Source: a virus
Virus record (IMG/VR): IMGVR_UViG_3300042868_003730
Location: 83,922-147,921 of that record
Strand: one strand, 5' to 3'
Length of the DNA: 64,000 bases
The notes beneath the pieces are model-generated. The model did not search any database. It was not told the origin of the DNA and saw only the letters and a list, made by a program, of their open reading frames with translations. Positions 11,619-20,599 of this stretch are shown one piece after another; positions within the stretch are counted from its first letter, which is position 1; every line of letters begins with the position of its first letter. Made by a program: the position numbers and the translations under genes.

Positions 11619-14600
11619 ATGACATTCAAAATCAAAGATGGTCTTTCTCTTGGCGCGAACACAGTAATTGACGCCACTGGAAACATAACTGTCCCTGGAA
11701 AGACTACCCTAAGTAATACAACAGCTACTGCAGCTAGTCTAAATTTAGGAACAGGAACGGCGGATCCTTCCTCACCAGTTGCTGGTGATTTTTGGAATAA
11801 TACTGGTGTTCTAAAGATTCGTCAGGCATCTGCCACTAAGACTATCGCATTCCTCGATAGCAATATTACTGGAACAGCAGCGAACGTATCTACTGGCACA
11901 GTAGCTATTGCTAATGGCGGAACAAATACCACAACCACACCAACCGCTGGTGCAGTTGCAGTGGGAAATGGAACTGCGTATGCATTTACTGCAGTTGGAA
12001 CTGCGGGACAAGTCTTAACATCAGCAGCAGGTTCTACACCAACTTGGACTAACTCGACTAGCGCAAACACATTTTCGGCTATTGTTCAGAGAGATGCCTC
12101 TGGTAATTTTTCAGCAGGAACCATTACTGCTGCTCTCACTGGTACGGCGACGAATGCAACTAATCTAGTAGTAACTGATGATACAGCGACGAACGCAACA
12201 TATTATCCTTCGTTTGCTCTTGGCACATCATCCAATCAAGCGCACAGAGTATCTAGTACAAAGTTAACATTTAATCCAAGTACTGGTATCTTAGCCTCTA
12301 CTGGGTTTTCTGGATCTGGCGCATCTATTACTGCTATCAACACAGCTAATATCAGCACAGGAACTCTGGTAGTGGCAAGAGGTGGTACAGCTGGAAGTGC
12401 AACCCCTACAGCTGGCGCCATTGCTTTTGGAGACGGAACTGCGTATGCATTTACTGCAGTCGGAACTGCAGGACAAGTCTTAACATCAGCAGCAGGTTCT
12501 ACACCAACTTGGACTTCTCAAGGCAGTTTATCAGTTGGTTCAGCTACCAATGCCACTAATTCTACTAATGCAAATAACGTCGCGATAACAGCAGACAGCG
12601 CGTCAGCTGGAACACATTATGTCCACTTTGGCGCAGTTACTACTGGAAACACCCCAGTAAAAATATCATCTAGTGGATTATATTTCCAACCAAGTACAGC
12701 AACATTGACTGTTGGTGGAGCGTTGACTGTCGGCGGAAATTTAACAGTTAATGGAACTACAACAACAGTCAACTCAACAACTACTACAGTTGACGATCCC
12801 ATCTTTACTATTGGTGGAGATACGGCTCCGGCATCAGATGATAACAAAGATCGTGGTATTGAATTCCGTTGGCATAATGGTACTACTGCCAAAGTAGGTT
12901 TCTTTGGATACGATGACTCAACAAGTAAATTTACATTCGTCCCAGACGCAACAAATACATCAGAAGTATTCAGTGGAACAAAGGGAACTATTGATGCTAA
13001 CCTAGAATGGGCAGACGTTCTTAATAAACCAGACCCTGTTGTTACAGTCACGTTAACGGGTGACGTAACTGGTACAGCAAACACAACATTAACTGATCTT
13101 GCATCAGGTACAGTTACTGTTGCAACTACAATTGCTGCTGACTCTGTTGCCCTTGGCACAGATACTACTGGTAATTACGTGGCTACTGTTGCCGCTGGAA
13201 CTCCTGGAGTAGAAACTACCAGTTCTGGATTAACAATTTCTTCTGTTGCTGGAGAAGGAACTGCTTCAACTATCGCTCACGCAGATACATCAACGTTGAC
13301 TGGTACACAAGGAAGTGCTGGAATTTCTTCAGTTACAATTGATGGTTTCGGTCACGTAACTGGAGTTACAACAGCTACTTACTTAACAGCTGAGGCAGAT
13401 ACACTTGCATCAGTAACTGGTCGTGGTGCAACTACCTCTACTGCTTCTTCTTTCACTGGTGGAATGACAGTTGGTGGAACTGGTATCGTTTATAATGGAT
13501 CTACCAGTGGTTCTACTACATTCAGAGCAAGTGCCACAGCTGGAACAACAACAATTACTCTTCCTGCTACAACTGGTACTGTTGCTCTGGCGGGAGATAC
13601 ACATTTTATCGGAACCACTTCAGTAGCATTGAATAGAGCTAGTGCCAATTTAGCCTTGACTGGTATTTCTAGTGTTACATTACCTGGCGCAACCAGTGGT
13701 ACTGTTCAGATAATTCCAACTGCTATTGCAGGAACAGGAACAGTGTTGACTCTCCCTGCTACAACTGGAACAGTAGCTCTTAGTACTGGAAATCTATCGC
13801 AGTTTGCTGCTACTACATCATCCCAGTTAGCAGGTGTTATTTCTGATGAAACTGGTTCTGGTGCTCTTGTATTCGCCACTAGTCCAACGTTAACAACTCC
13901 ATCAATTGGAGTAGCTACTGGTACAAGTTTCAATAGTATCACTGGTTTGAGTTCCACGACTCCTGTCGTAGCTGGTACTGCTGCTATTGGAACAGGAACC
14001 ACGGTAGCAAGAGCTGACCACGTGCACCCTGCACAGACTACTGTTTCTGGCACTGCTGGTGGTTTATCAGCAACGTTAAGTCCTGCTTCTGGTGGTACAG
14101 GTGTTGCAAACAATGCCGCAAGTACAATTACTATAAGTGGAAACTTTGGAACAACATTTACAGTATCAGCAGCAACAAGTGTTACATTACCAACAAGCGG
14201 TACTCTGGCAACTACCGGACAAACATTCTCTATTGGTACAACCAGTATTGCCATTAACCGCGCCAGTGCTGCGCAAAGTTTAACTGGTATTACTAGTATT
14301 GATGGATATGCTGCTGGTTTGGCTGGTGGAAATGCTACGACATTATTGGGCTCAATACCATATCAGAGCGCAGCCAATACAACAACTTTATTAGCTCCGA
14401 ACACTACTGTCACTAAGAGATTCCTACGTTCAACTGGTGATGGCACTAATGGTACTGCTCCTGTATGGGATACTATTGTTGCAGGTGATATTCCGACTCT
14501 CAATCAGAGTACAACAGGCTCAGCTGCTACATTAACGACTGCCAGAACTATCAATGGTGTTTCGTTTAATGGCTCAGCAGATATTACTGTAACTGCTGCG

Positions 14601-15332
14601 GCTGGTACATTAACAGGCGCTACATTGGCTTCTGGTGTAACAGCATCTAGTTTAACTAGCGTTGGAACATTAGCATCATTGGCTGTGACTGGTACTGTGA
14701 CTGGTACTAGTTTCAACAGCATTACAGGTCTTAGTTCTACTACTCCTGTCGTGGCTGGAACTGCTGCTATTGGAGTAGGAACCACGGCAGCAAGAGCAGA
14801 TCACGTTCACCCAGCACAGACTACAGTTAGTGGTAACGCAGGATCAGCTACAGTACTCGCGACTGCTCGCGCTATCAATGGAGTTTCGTTCGATGGTTCA
14901 GCTGCCATTACGGTGACAGCTGCTGCTGGTACATTAACAGGCGCTACATTGGCTTCTGGTGTAACAGCATCTAGTTTAACCAGTGTTGGCACGTTAGCAA
15001 GTCTTGGTGTCGGTACTGCCAATGGAGTAGCTGGTACTATTGTTGCGTCAGGAAACATTACTGCTTTTTCAGATATTCGTCTCAAGAAAGATCTTGTCCA
15101 GATTCCAAATGCTCTAGATAAAGTTCAGCAATTGACTGGGTACACGTATACACGTATTGATAGTGGAATACAAGAAACTGGTCTGGTTGCGCAAGACGTA
15201 CAGAAAATATTACCAGAAGCAATTGTTGAGGGTGAATATCTATCAGTTGCGTATGGAAATTTAGTTGGATTGCTGGTTGAGGCGATTAAAGAACTTAGAG
15301 CAGAAGTAGCTGCTCTAAAGGAAAATAAATAA
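11619..15332 (+). CDS. Long tail fibre with C-terminal peptidase S74 intramolecular chaperone
   Basis: 1237 aa. C-terminal SDIRLKKD...NALDKVQQLTGYTY...GLVAQDVQKILPEA...VAYGNLVGLLVEAIKEL is the S74 signature. Internal repeats present. Confidence 0.85.
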   Translation: MTFKIKDGLSLGANTVIDATGNITVPGKTTLSNTTATAASLNLGTGTADPSSPVAGDFWNNTGVLKIRQASATKTIAFLDSNITGTAANVSTGTVAIANGGTNTTTTPTAGAVAVGNGTAYAFTAVGTAGQVLTSAAGSTPTWTNSTSANTFSAIVQRDASGNFSAGTITAALTGTATNATNLVVTDDTATNATYYPSFALGTSSNQAHRVSSTKLTFNPSTGILASTGFSGSGASITAINTANISTGTLVVARGGTAGSATPTAGAIAFGDGTAYAFTAVGTAGQVLTSAAGSTPTWTSQGSLSVGSATNATNSTNANNVAITADSASAGTHYVHFGAVTTGNTPVKISSSGLYFQPSTATLTVGGALTVGGNLTVNGTTTTVNSTTTTVDDPIFTIGGDTAPASDDNKDRGIEFRWHNGTTAKVGFFGYDDSTSKFTFVPDATNTSEVFSGTKGTIDANLEWADVLNKPDPVVTVTLTGDVTGTANTTLTDLASGTVTVATTIAADSVALGTDTTGNYVATVAAGTPGVETTSSGLTISSVAGEGTASTIAHADTSTLTGTQGSAGISSVTIDGFGHVTGVTTATYLTAEADTLASVTGRGATTSTASSFTGGMTVGGTGIVYNGSTSGSTTFRASATAGTTTITLPATTGTVALAGDTHFIGTTSVALNRASANLALTGISSVTLPGATSGTVQIIPTAIAGTGTVLTLPATTGTVALSTGNLSQFAATTSSQLAGVISDETGSGALVFATSPTLTTPSIGVATGTSFNSITGLSSTTPVVAGTAAIGTGTTVARADHVHPAQTTVSGTAGGLSATLSPASGGTGVANNAASTITISGNFGTTFTVSAATSVTLPTSGTLATTGQTFSIGTTSIAINRASAAQSLTGITSIDGYAAGLAGGNATTLLGSIPYQSAANTTTLLAPNTTVTKRFLRSTGDGTNGTAPVWDTIVAGDIPTLNQSTTGSAATLTTARTINGVSFNGSADITVTAAAGTLTGATLASGVTASSLTSVGTLASLAVTGTVTGTSFNSITGLSSTTPVVAGTAAIGVGTTAARADHVHPAQTTVSGNAGSATVLATARAINGVSFDGSAAITVTAAAGTLTGATLASGVTASSLTSVGTLASLGVGTANGVAGTIVASGNITAFSDIRLKKDLVQIPNALDKVQQLTGYTYTRIDSGIQETGLVAQDVQKILPEAIVEGEYLSVAYGNLVGLLVEAIKELRAEVAALKENK
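11970..12515 (+). repeat. 81-bp near-identical direct repeat in fibre gene (11970-12050 and 12435-12515)
   Basis: GGAACTGCGTATGCATTTACTGCAGT...GGTTCTACACCAACTTGGACT occurs twice and encodes GTAYAFTAVGTAGQVLTSAAGSTPTWT. Further repeats lie at ~13920/14700 and ~14604/14928. Confidence 0.85.
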
Positions 15333-16918
15333 TGCCAGTACCGACATCAGGCGCGATCAGTCTCGCTAATCTTCAGACTGAATTAGAAGGTGTAACAGCA
15401 GGGGCAAATGCAGCGTCACTAAATGAGTTTTACGCTGGTGGATCATTCGTTACTGCTGGTTCTTTTGGATATCTTAGTGGTGTCCAAACAGCAATCCCTG
15501 CAAGTGGGGCTATATCACTAAATAATTTTTATGGTGCAAAATGGCTTGGTGGTGTGACATATGAGTATACAACTGCAGGAACATATACAGTCACTATTCC
15601 CAATAAAACTGGGTTTATTAGAAATTATCAGTGGAGTGTGTTTCTAGTTGGTGGTGGTGGGGGAGGCGGCGGCGCACATGGATCTACTGCACCGAATCGT
15701 GACCCCATTGGATCTGGTGGTGGGGGAGGCGGTGGGAATCACACAAATGCCTCTGGCACAAATACTACAGCAACCAGTTTGTCATTCACTGTTGTTGTTG
15801 GTGCAGGCGGCACAGGCGGCGCATCATCTACTGCTGCCAATCCTTATACACCAAAAGGAACAGCTGGTGGCACTGGTGGCACTACTTCTCTTGCTATTAA
15901 TGGTACAGTTGTAACTTCTATCGCTGGTGGAGGTGGCGGAGGTGGTGGCTCAATTGAACCAGACGTTGCTGGAACTGCTGGCACTAGTACTACTGCATAT
16001 CCTGGAACTGCAGGTACTGTATCTGAAAATGGCAACGCACCAGGTGGCAACGGTGGGCAATCTGTACTTGCGTATGGTGAGAATGGAAGTTCTAGTGCTG
16101 CCACCACCGCAGGAATCCATGGTGGCGGAGGTGCTGGCGGTGGCGGGAATGGTGGTGACATATACAGCAATGGATCTAATGGTGGTCCTGGATATGCCAG
16201 AGTAACATTTAAGAATGGGTTTAGTTTTACTACTTCACAAACATTCACAACACCAACTGCGTCAGGAACATTTACTGTACCTGCAGGAATTTATCAAATA
16301 TATACAAACTGTGTTGGTGGAGGTGGAGCACAAGGTGCTGCTGGCGGTCTGGTTGAGGCATTGATTTCCGTCACTCCAGGTGAAGTACTAACTGTTCGTG
16401 TTGGTGGGGCTGGCGCTGCGACAACTGTAGTAGGTTATACTACAGCAGCAGTTAATGGTGGGGGTAGAGGAGAAACCGCATCAACATCTTATACTGCGTG
16501 TGGCGGAGGCGGGTATTCTGGAATATTCCGCAGCACAACTCCTTTAGTAATAGCTGGTGGTGGTGGGGGAGGACAGAATGGTGCAGCTGCTGGTGGTGCC
16601 CTTCCTGCTAATACTGCATCGTCTGGCGCGACGCCAGGAACACAAAGTGCGGGCGGGTCTTCTGGCGGTGGGTATTTAGTTGGTGGTGATGGAGTTGCAA
16701 GCAAAGGTGCATGTGGCGGTGGTGGCGGTGGGTATTATGGAGGTGGTGGTGCAACTAGCGGTGCTTTGTCAAGCAGCATTGGTGGTGCAGGCGGATCAAA
16801 CTATATTATTTCCACAGCTGCTGGTCTATACAGTATGTCTGGATTTAATGGTGGTGGTAGTTGGGGCGGCACTTATGGTTCATCAAGTAATGGTGGTCGA
16901 GTAATAATTTACTATTAA
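15332..16918 (+). CDS. Glycine-rich tail-fibre tip adhesin / receptor-binding protein (gp38-like role)
   Basis: N-terminal SGAISLANL...SLNEFY...IPASGAISLNNFYG fibre-docking motif, then two poly-Gly modules. Coupled to the S74 fibre by TAATG. Confidence 0.7.
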   Translation: MPVPTSGAISLANLQTELEGVTAGANAASLNEFYAGGSFVTAGSFGYLSGVQTAIPASGAISLNNFYGAKWLGGVTYEYTTAGTYTVTIPNKTGFIRNYQWSVFLVGGGGGGGGAHGSTAPNRDPIGSGGGGGGGNHTNASGTNTTATSLSFTVVVGAGGTGGASSTAANPYTPKGTAGGTGGTTSLAINGTVVTSIAGGGGGGGGSIEPDVAGTAGTSTTAYPGTAGTVSENGNAPGGNGGQSVLAYGENGSSSAATTAGIHGGGGAGGGGNGGDIYSNGSNGGPGYARVTFKNGFSFTTSQTFTTPTASGTFTVPAGIYQIYTNCVGGGGAQGAAGGLVEALISVTPGEVLTVRVGGAGAATTVVGYTTAAVNGGGRGETASTSYTACGGGGYSGIFRSTTPLVIAGGGGGGQNGAAAGGALPANTASSGATPGTQSAGGSSGGGYLVGGDGVASKGACGGGGGGYYGGGGATSGALSSSIGGAGGSNYIISTAAGLYSMSGFNGGGSWGGTYGSSSNGGRVIIYY

Positions 16919-16928
16919 GGAAACAATA

Positions 16929-17243
16929 ATGAGTAAAGTACATGTTTGGGAAGTTCCGAGAATAGATTGTTCAGTTGATTATGAAAATGGATCGATTCCT
17001 ATTTGCAATATTCACTGGAAACTAACATCAAAAAATACAGAAGGTTTCATATATACTTCTATAAATAATGGTTTCGTTGAGGTCGATATTACTCCAACGG
17101 AAGCACTGGCTCTCACAAAAGAATCTGCGTTGACTCTTTTATTGACAACCTTGGGTACCAGAGTTGCTTCTATAGAGGAAGAGAACTCCGGTATTTTAGA
17201 TGAAATGATTGTTCCAGTTATTCCAGTTATTACAATATCATAA
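16929..17243 (+). CDS. Hypothetical protein, likely fibre accessory
   Basis: 104 aa ORF with AAGGA RBS, downstream of the adhesin. Confidence 0.55.
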   Translation: MSKVHVWEVPRIDCSVDYENGSIPICNIHWKLTSKNTEGFIYTSINNGFVEVDITPTEALALTKESALTLLLTTLGTRVASIEEENSGILDEMIVPVIPVITIS

Positions 17244-17244
17244 T

Positions 17245-17628
17245 ATGATTATTTTAACTCAAGAAATACTTGACGCTGTAGGTGTTTGTGCTGATGGTCA
17301 GCGTGTTGCCGAAGAGTTTAATTGTATTGGTATTGATCTCGCTATTGGTATACAGATTATGGAAGACAATAATACTGGATATGCCAAATGGGCCAGAGAT
17401 TTATACTCAAACAGAATAGCACTAAAGTTATCAAATCATTATGAATATATTCAATACCTGGTCTTTGACCCAGTCAATAATCACTACAAAGCCACACCAA
17501 ATGAATCTGATGTGGCAGGAATCAAACAACAAATAATTGAAGATAATCCAGGTGTGGACCAGTCGCAGATCCTCATCTACGAAGAGATCAAATCTTTAGA
17601 TGGATCAATTCAAAGATTTCTATTATAA
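17245..17628 (+). CDS. Hypothetical protein
   Basis: ATG at 17245 immediately after the previous stop. 127 aa. Confidence 0.55.
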   Translation: MIILTQEILDAVGVCADGQRVAEEFNCIGIDLAIGIQIMEDNNTGYAKWARDLYSNRIALKLSNHYEYIQYLVFDPVNNHYKATPNESDVAGIKQQIIEDNPGVDQSQILIYEEIKSLDGSIQRFLL

Positions 17629-17631
17629 ATA
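17624..17631 (+). promoter_or_regulatory. T4 late promoter TATAAATA
   Basis: Exact T4 gp55 consensus, 30 bp upstream of the membrane-protein pair. Confidence 0.7.
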
Positions 17632-17660
17632 GATAGCACCCAGACACCATAAACCGTATA

Positions 17661-18026
17661 ATGAAAACCTTAATAAGAAATCTACTGCCGCAGGATACAA
17701 GAAGCGTTGAATTTCCCTCAGCAGTGGGTCTTATTATCTGTTCAATTATGTTGTTCTTCAACCTAATTCCTAATGTTTATCATATTGGTTTCTGGTGCGT
17801 GGTGACATTTATGCTCGGAGTGGTGTATATTGTATCTCTACTTCATTTCCCTAAACTAGATTGCTGTCGTCCAGTCTTATCCTGGTTGGCAGGATCATTT
17901 TGGATCTGGTTGACATTTTCGCAGCCGTTATCTATTATGGCAATACCAGTGTTCTTTCTTGGTGTTTCTAATATTGTGGCATTCCTTATAAATACAGTAA
18001 TATTGAGTGAAACATGGAGACCATAA
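17661..18026 (+). CDS. Small multi-pass membrane protein (holin-like)
   Basis: 121 aa with about four hydrophobic segments, downstream of a late promoter. Confidence 0.5.
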   Translation: MKTLIRNLLPQDTRSVEFPSAVGLIICSIMLFFNLIPNVYHIGFWCVVTFMLGVVYIVSLLHFPKLDCCRPVLSWLAGSFWIWLTFSQPLSIMAIPVFFLGVSNIVAFLINTVILSETWRP

Positions 18027-18346
18027 TAGTTACCGCATTCAACACACTTAACGGAAGCTCCGGATTCCTGAGTTTTCTAATAAGTATATCTACATTGGCT
18101 TTCGGTGCTTGGTTGTTTTTCAAGAAAACCAAAATCGAAGAAGTTACATCAGTAGGCACATTACAACAGAAACAAATAACTAGCCTTCTCGAGCAAATTC
18201 AATTTCTCGCAGAAGAACTAACCAAGGCAAGAAGTCAAATTGCCGAAATTCATGAACAGAATGTTCATCTAATGCAACAAGTAAGAGAATCCAATCATAG
18301 AATACAGGAATTGGAACGTCTTCTTGAAATTAACAGGAGTATATAA
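18014..18346 (+). CDS. Single-TM plus coiled-coil membrane protein (possible lysis accessory)
   Basis: One TM helix (FLSFLISISTLAFGAWLFF) followed by KK and a long coiled coil. Overlaps the upstream membrane gene. Confidence 0.5.
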   Translation: METIIVTAFNTLNGSSGFLSFLISISTLAFGAWLFFKKTKIEEVTSVGTLQQKQITSLLEQIQFLAEELTKARSQIAEIHEQNVHLMQQVRESNHRIQELERLLEINRSI

Positions 18347-18348
18347 TT

Positions 18349-18789
18349 ATGGCAGCAATGTCAAACTATCTAGAAAACAAACTTGTGGATCACATCCTCA
18401 GAGCAACTGCGTTCACCGCACCAGGTACAGTGTATATTGCTCTGTATACAGCAGCCCCATCTGATGCAGGTGGTGGTACTGAGATTACTATCGGTACGAA
18501 TAACTATTCAAGAGCATCATTAGTTTCTTCGCAATCTGCTTGGAACAATACACAGGCGTCAGGAACTGCAGTTGCTTCTACTGGTACCACTGGAATTACT
18601 GCTAATACATCAGCTATTACTTTCGCGACTCCTTCTGGTTCTTGGGGAACTGTAACTCACTTTGGTATCCTAGATGCTGCTAGTGCAGGAAATCTATTAT
18701 TCCACGGAGCATTGACTGTGTCGCAAACAGTTAACACAGGAAACACCGTGTCATTCGCTGGTGGTGCACTACAAATTACTTTCGCTTAA
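18349..18789 (+). CDS. Tail-fibre-associated beta-sandwich structural protein
   Basis: MSNYLENKLVDHIL...VYIALYTAAPSDAGGGTE...WGTVTHFGILDAASAGNLLFHGAL is a widespread phage fibre-associated family. Confidence 0.7.
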   Translation: MAAMSNYLENKLVDHILRATAFTAPGTVYIALYTAAPSDAGGGTEITIGTNNYSRASLVSSQSAWNNTQASGTAVASTGTTGITANTSAITFATPSGSWGTVTHFGILDAASAGNLLFHGALTVSQTVNTGNTVSFAGGALQITFA

Positions 18790-18808
18790 TAGCATAGTAA
18801 TTTTGATT

Positions 18809-18831
18809 AGGGCTGCTTAGGCAGCTCTTTT
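18809..18831 (+). terminator. Rho-independent terminator
   Basis: AGGGCTGC-TTAG-GCAGCTCT stem-loop followed by TTT. Confidence 0.7.
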
Positions 18832-18836
18832 CATTT

Positions 18837-18843
18837 CTAAATA
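18837..18843 (+). promoter_or_regulatory. Late promoter CTAAATA
   Basis: Motif directly after the terminator and before ORF 18871. Confidence 0.65.
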
Positions 18844-18870
18844 TGATTAGTATATTACTAGAATAGAACC

Positions 18871-20076
18871 ATGGCACATATTACTGCAGATCGCGTTAGG
18901 CAAACAAGTACCTCAACTGGTACTGGCACGTTCGTTCTATCTGCGTCATTGAGTGGGTTCCGAGATTTCTCATCTGTACTCGCGACCAGTGATACTTTCT
19001 GGTATGCTATTGCTTCATTTCCTGGGTCAGAATGGGAAGTAGGACTTGGCACATACTCTGCTCTCAACACAATCACCAGAACAACTGTATTGGCGTCTAG
19101 TAATGCCGGATCCGCTGTAGTATTCTCTGCTGGTACGAAAGAAGTATTCATTACTGCAGCGGCGAGTAAGTTCCTACAGGCAGACGCAGCTGGTAGTTAT
19201 GGAAACTTTACAGCAGGAACTATTACTGCTGCGTTGACTGGTAATGCAGGTACAGCTACTACATTCTCAACTACAAGGACAAACTATAAAGGTGTCACTG
19301 ATGCCGCAGTAGCTGGCCAGTTAATGTGGAAGCATTATGGAAATAACCATACGATATTTGATGCTTCCAATAGTACAAGTCCACAAGGTGGAGCAATAAG
19401 CAACACAAATGCAGCAACTGCATGGATTGCTACTTATCCAACACTTATGGGGTGGAATGGAACAACTACTTATGGCGTTAGAGTTGATTCTGCTAGAGTA
19501 ACTGATGCGCTTTCTACTGCATCAGGTTCAGCACCAAGTTATTCTGCCAGAGCGTGGGTGAATTTCAATGGAGTAACAGTCGGAACTTTTGTAGGAGGAA
19601 CTACGACGTTTGCGAGAACATCACCAAGCACAACTGCTGTGTGTACTACTACAAATCCGCATGGGCTAATTACTGGAAATAATATATACGCAAGTTCTGG
19701 GATAATTATTTTTCCTGGAAGTTATACAGTCACAGTTACTGGGGCAAATACTTTCACAATTGTTACCAGCGCCAGTACCACTGTGAGTGGTACATTAAGT
19801 GTTTTTGTTAGTAATATTAGAGGCGATGGAAATGTAAGTACTGTCGCCGATGAAGGTGTTGGTATATATTTAATAAATTTCTCGGTAGCTATGCCAGATA
19901 CTAATTATGCGGCATTATTTGGATGGGGCATTGGGTCAAACCCGCCATCTGACACCAGTAATGATGGATTTGCTAATATAGGTGAGCAGACAGTATATTA
20001 TGTTCGTGTGTATTTTGAAGCAGCCAATGATACGTCATTAGATAGAGCGTATATGTCAGCTGCGATTTTTAGATAA
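18871..20076 (+). CDS. Tail fibre / receptor-binding protein
   Basis: N-terminal ADRVRQTSTSTGTG...EWEVGLGTY fibre domain. C-terminal ARAWVNFNG...GNVSTVADEGVGIYLINFSVAMPDTNY domain. Confidence 0.7.
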   Translation: MAHITADRVRQTSTSTGTGTFVLSASLSGFRDFSSVLATSDTFWYAIASFPGSEWEVGLGTYSALNTITRTTVLASSNAGSAVVFSAGTKEVFITAAASKFLQADAAGSYGNFTAGTITAALTGNAGTATTFSTTRTNYKGVTDAAVAGQLMWKHYGNNHTIFDASNSTSPQGGAISNTNAATAWIATYPTLMGWNGTTTYGVRVDSARVTDALSTASGSAPSYSARAWVNFNGVTVGTFVGGTTTFARTSPSTTAVCTTTNPHGLITGNNIYASSGIIIFPGSYTVTVTGANTFTIVTSASTTVSGTLSVFVSNIRGDGNVSTVADEGVGIYLINFSVAMPDTNYAALFGWGIGSNPPSDTSNDGFANIGEQTVYYVRVYFEAANDTSLDRAYMSAAIFR

Positions 20077-20084
20077 GGAAATAT

Positions 20085-20342
20085 ATGATCAATTTAAGAA
20101 TTATTTATCCACAACAAAATGGTATTGTTACCATTCTTACACCAGCATTGAATTCTGACTTAACAATTGAAGAACTGGCTCGCAAAGATGTTCCGGCGGG
20201 AATCCCTTATAAAATCATTAATGTAGAAGATATCCCAACAGATCGAACATTTCGTAATGCCTGGGAAGCTGATTTCTCATCTCCAGATGGTTATGGTATT
20301 GGGCATGCTGCCTGGTTTGCAGAAAGAGAAGGTAATGTATGA
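20085..20342 (+). CDS. Tail fibre assembly chaperone-like protein
   Basis: IEELARKDVPAGIPYKII...IPTDRTFRNAWE motif, typical of genes downstream of such fibres. Confidence 0.6.
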   Translation: MINLRIIYPQQNGIVTILTPALNSDLTIEELARKDVPAGIPYKIINVEDIPTDRTFRNAWEADFSSPDGYGIGHAAWFAEREGNV

Positions 20343-20584
20343 TTGTAATTAACATGGATAAAGCGAAAGATATTCGGCGCAAACAATTTCGAAAAGAGCG
20401 TCAACCATTACTCGATGCTCTCGATGTTCAATTCATGCGTGCAGTTGAAACTGGTGATGTTGCATTACAACAAAGTATAGTGCAAAAGAAACAACTTCTT
20501 AGAGATGCTCCTGCAAATCCAGAGATTGAATCTGCACAGACAGTTGATGATCTGAAAGCAATTACATTACCGACCGTGTTATAA
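20339..20584 (+). CDS. Tail fibre assembly chaperone-like protein
   Basis: INMDKAKDI...RKERQPLLDALDVQFMRAVE...KQLLRDAP motif. Confidence 0.6.
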   Translation: MIVINMDKAKDIRRKQFRKERQPLLDALDVQFMRAVETGDVALQQSIVQKKQLLRDAPANPEIESAQTVDDLKAITLPTVL

Positions 20585-20599
20585 TATAAAGAAAATTAA

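Noticed and set aside
261-16704. Many V/A/P-rich minus-strand ORFs
   Set aside because: Antisense shadows of Thr/Gly/Ala-rich fibre genes.
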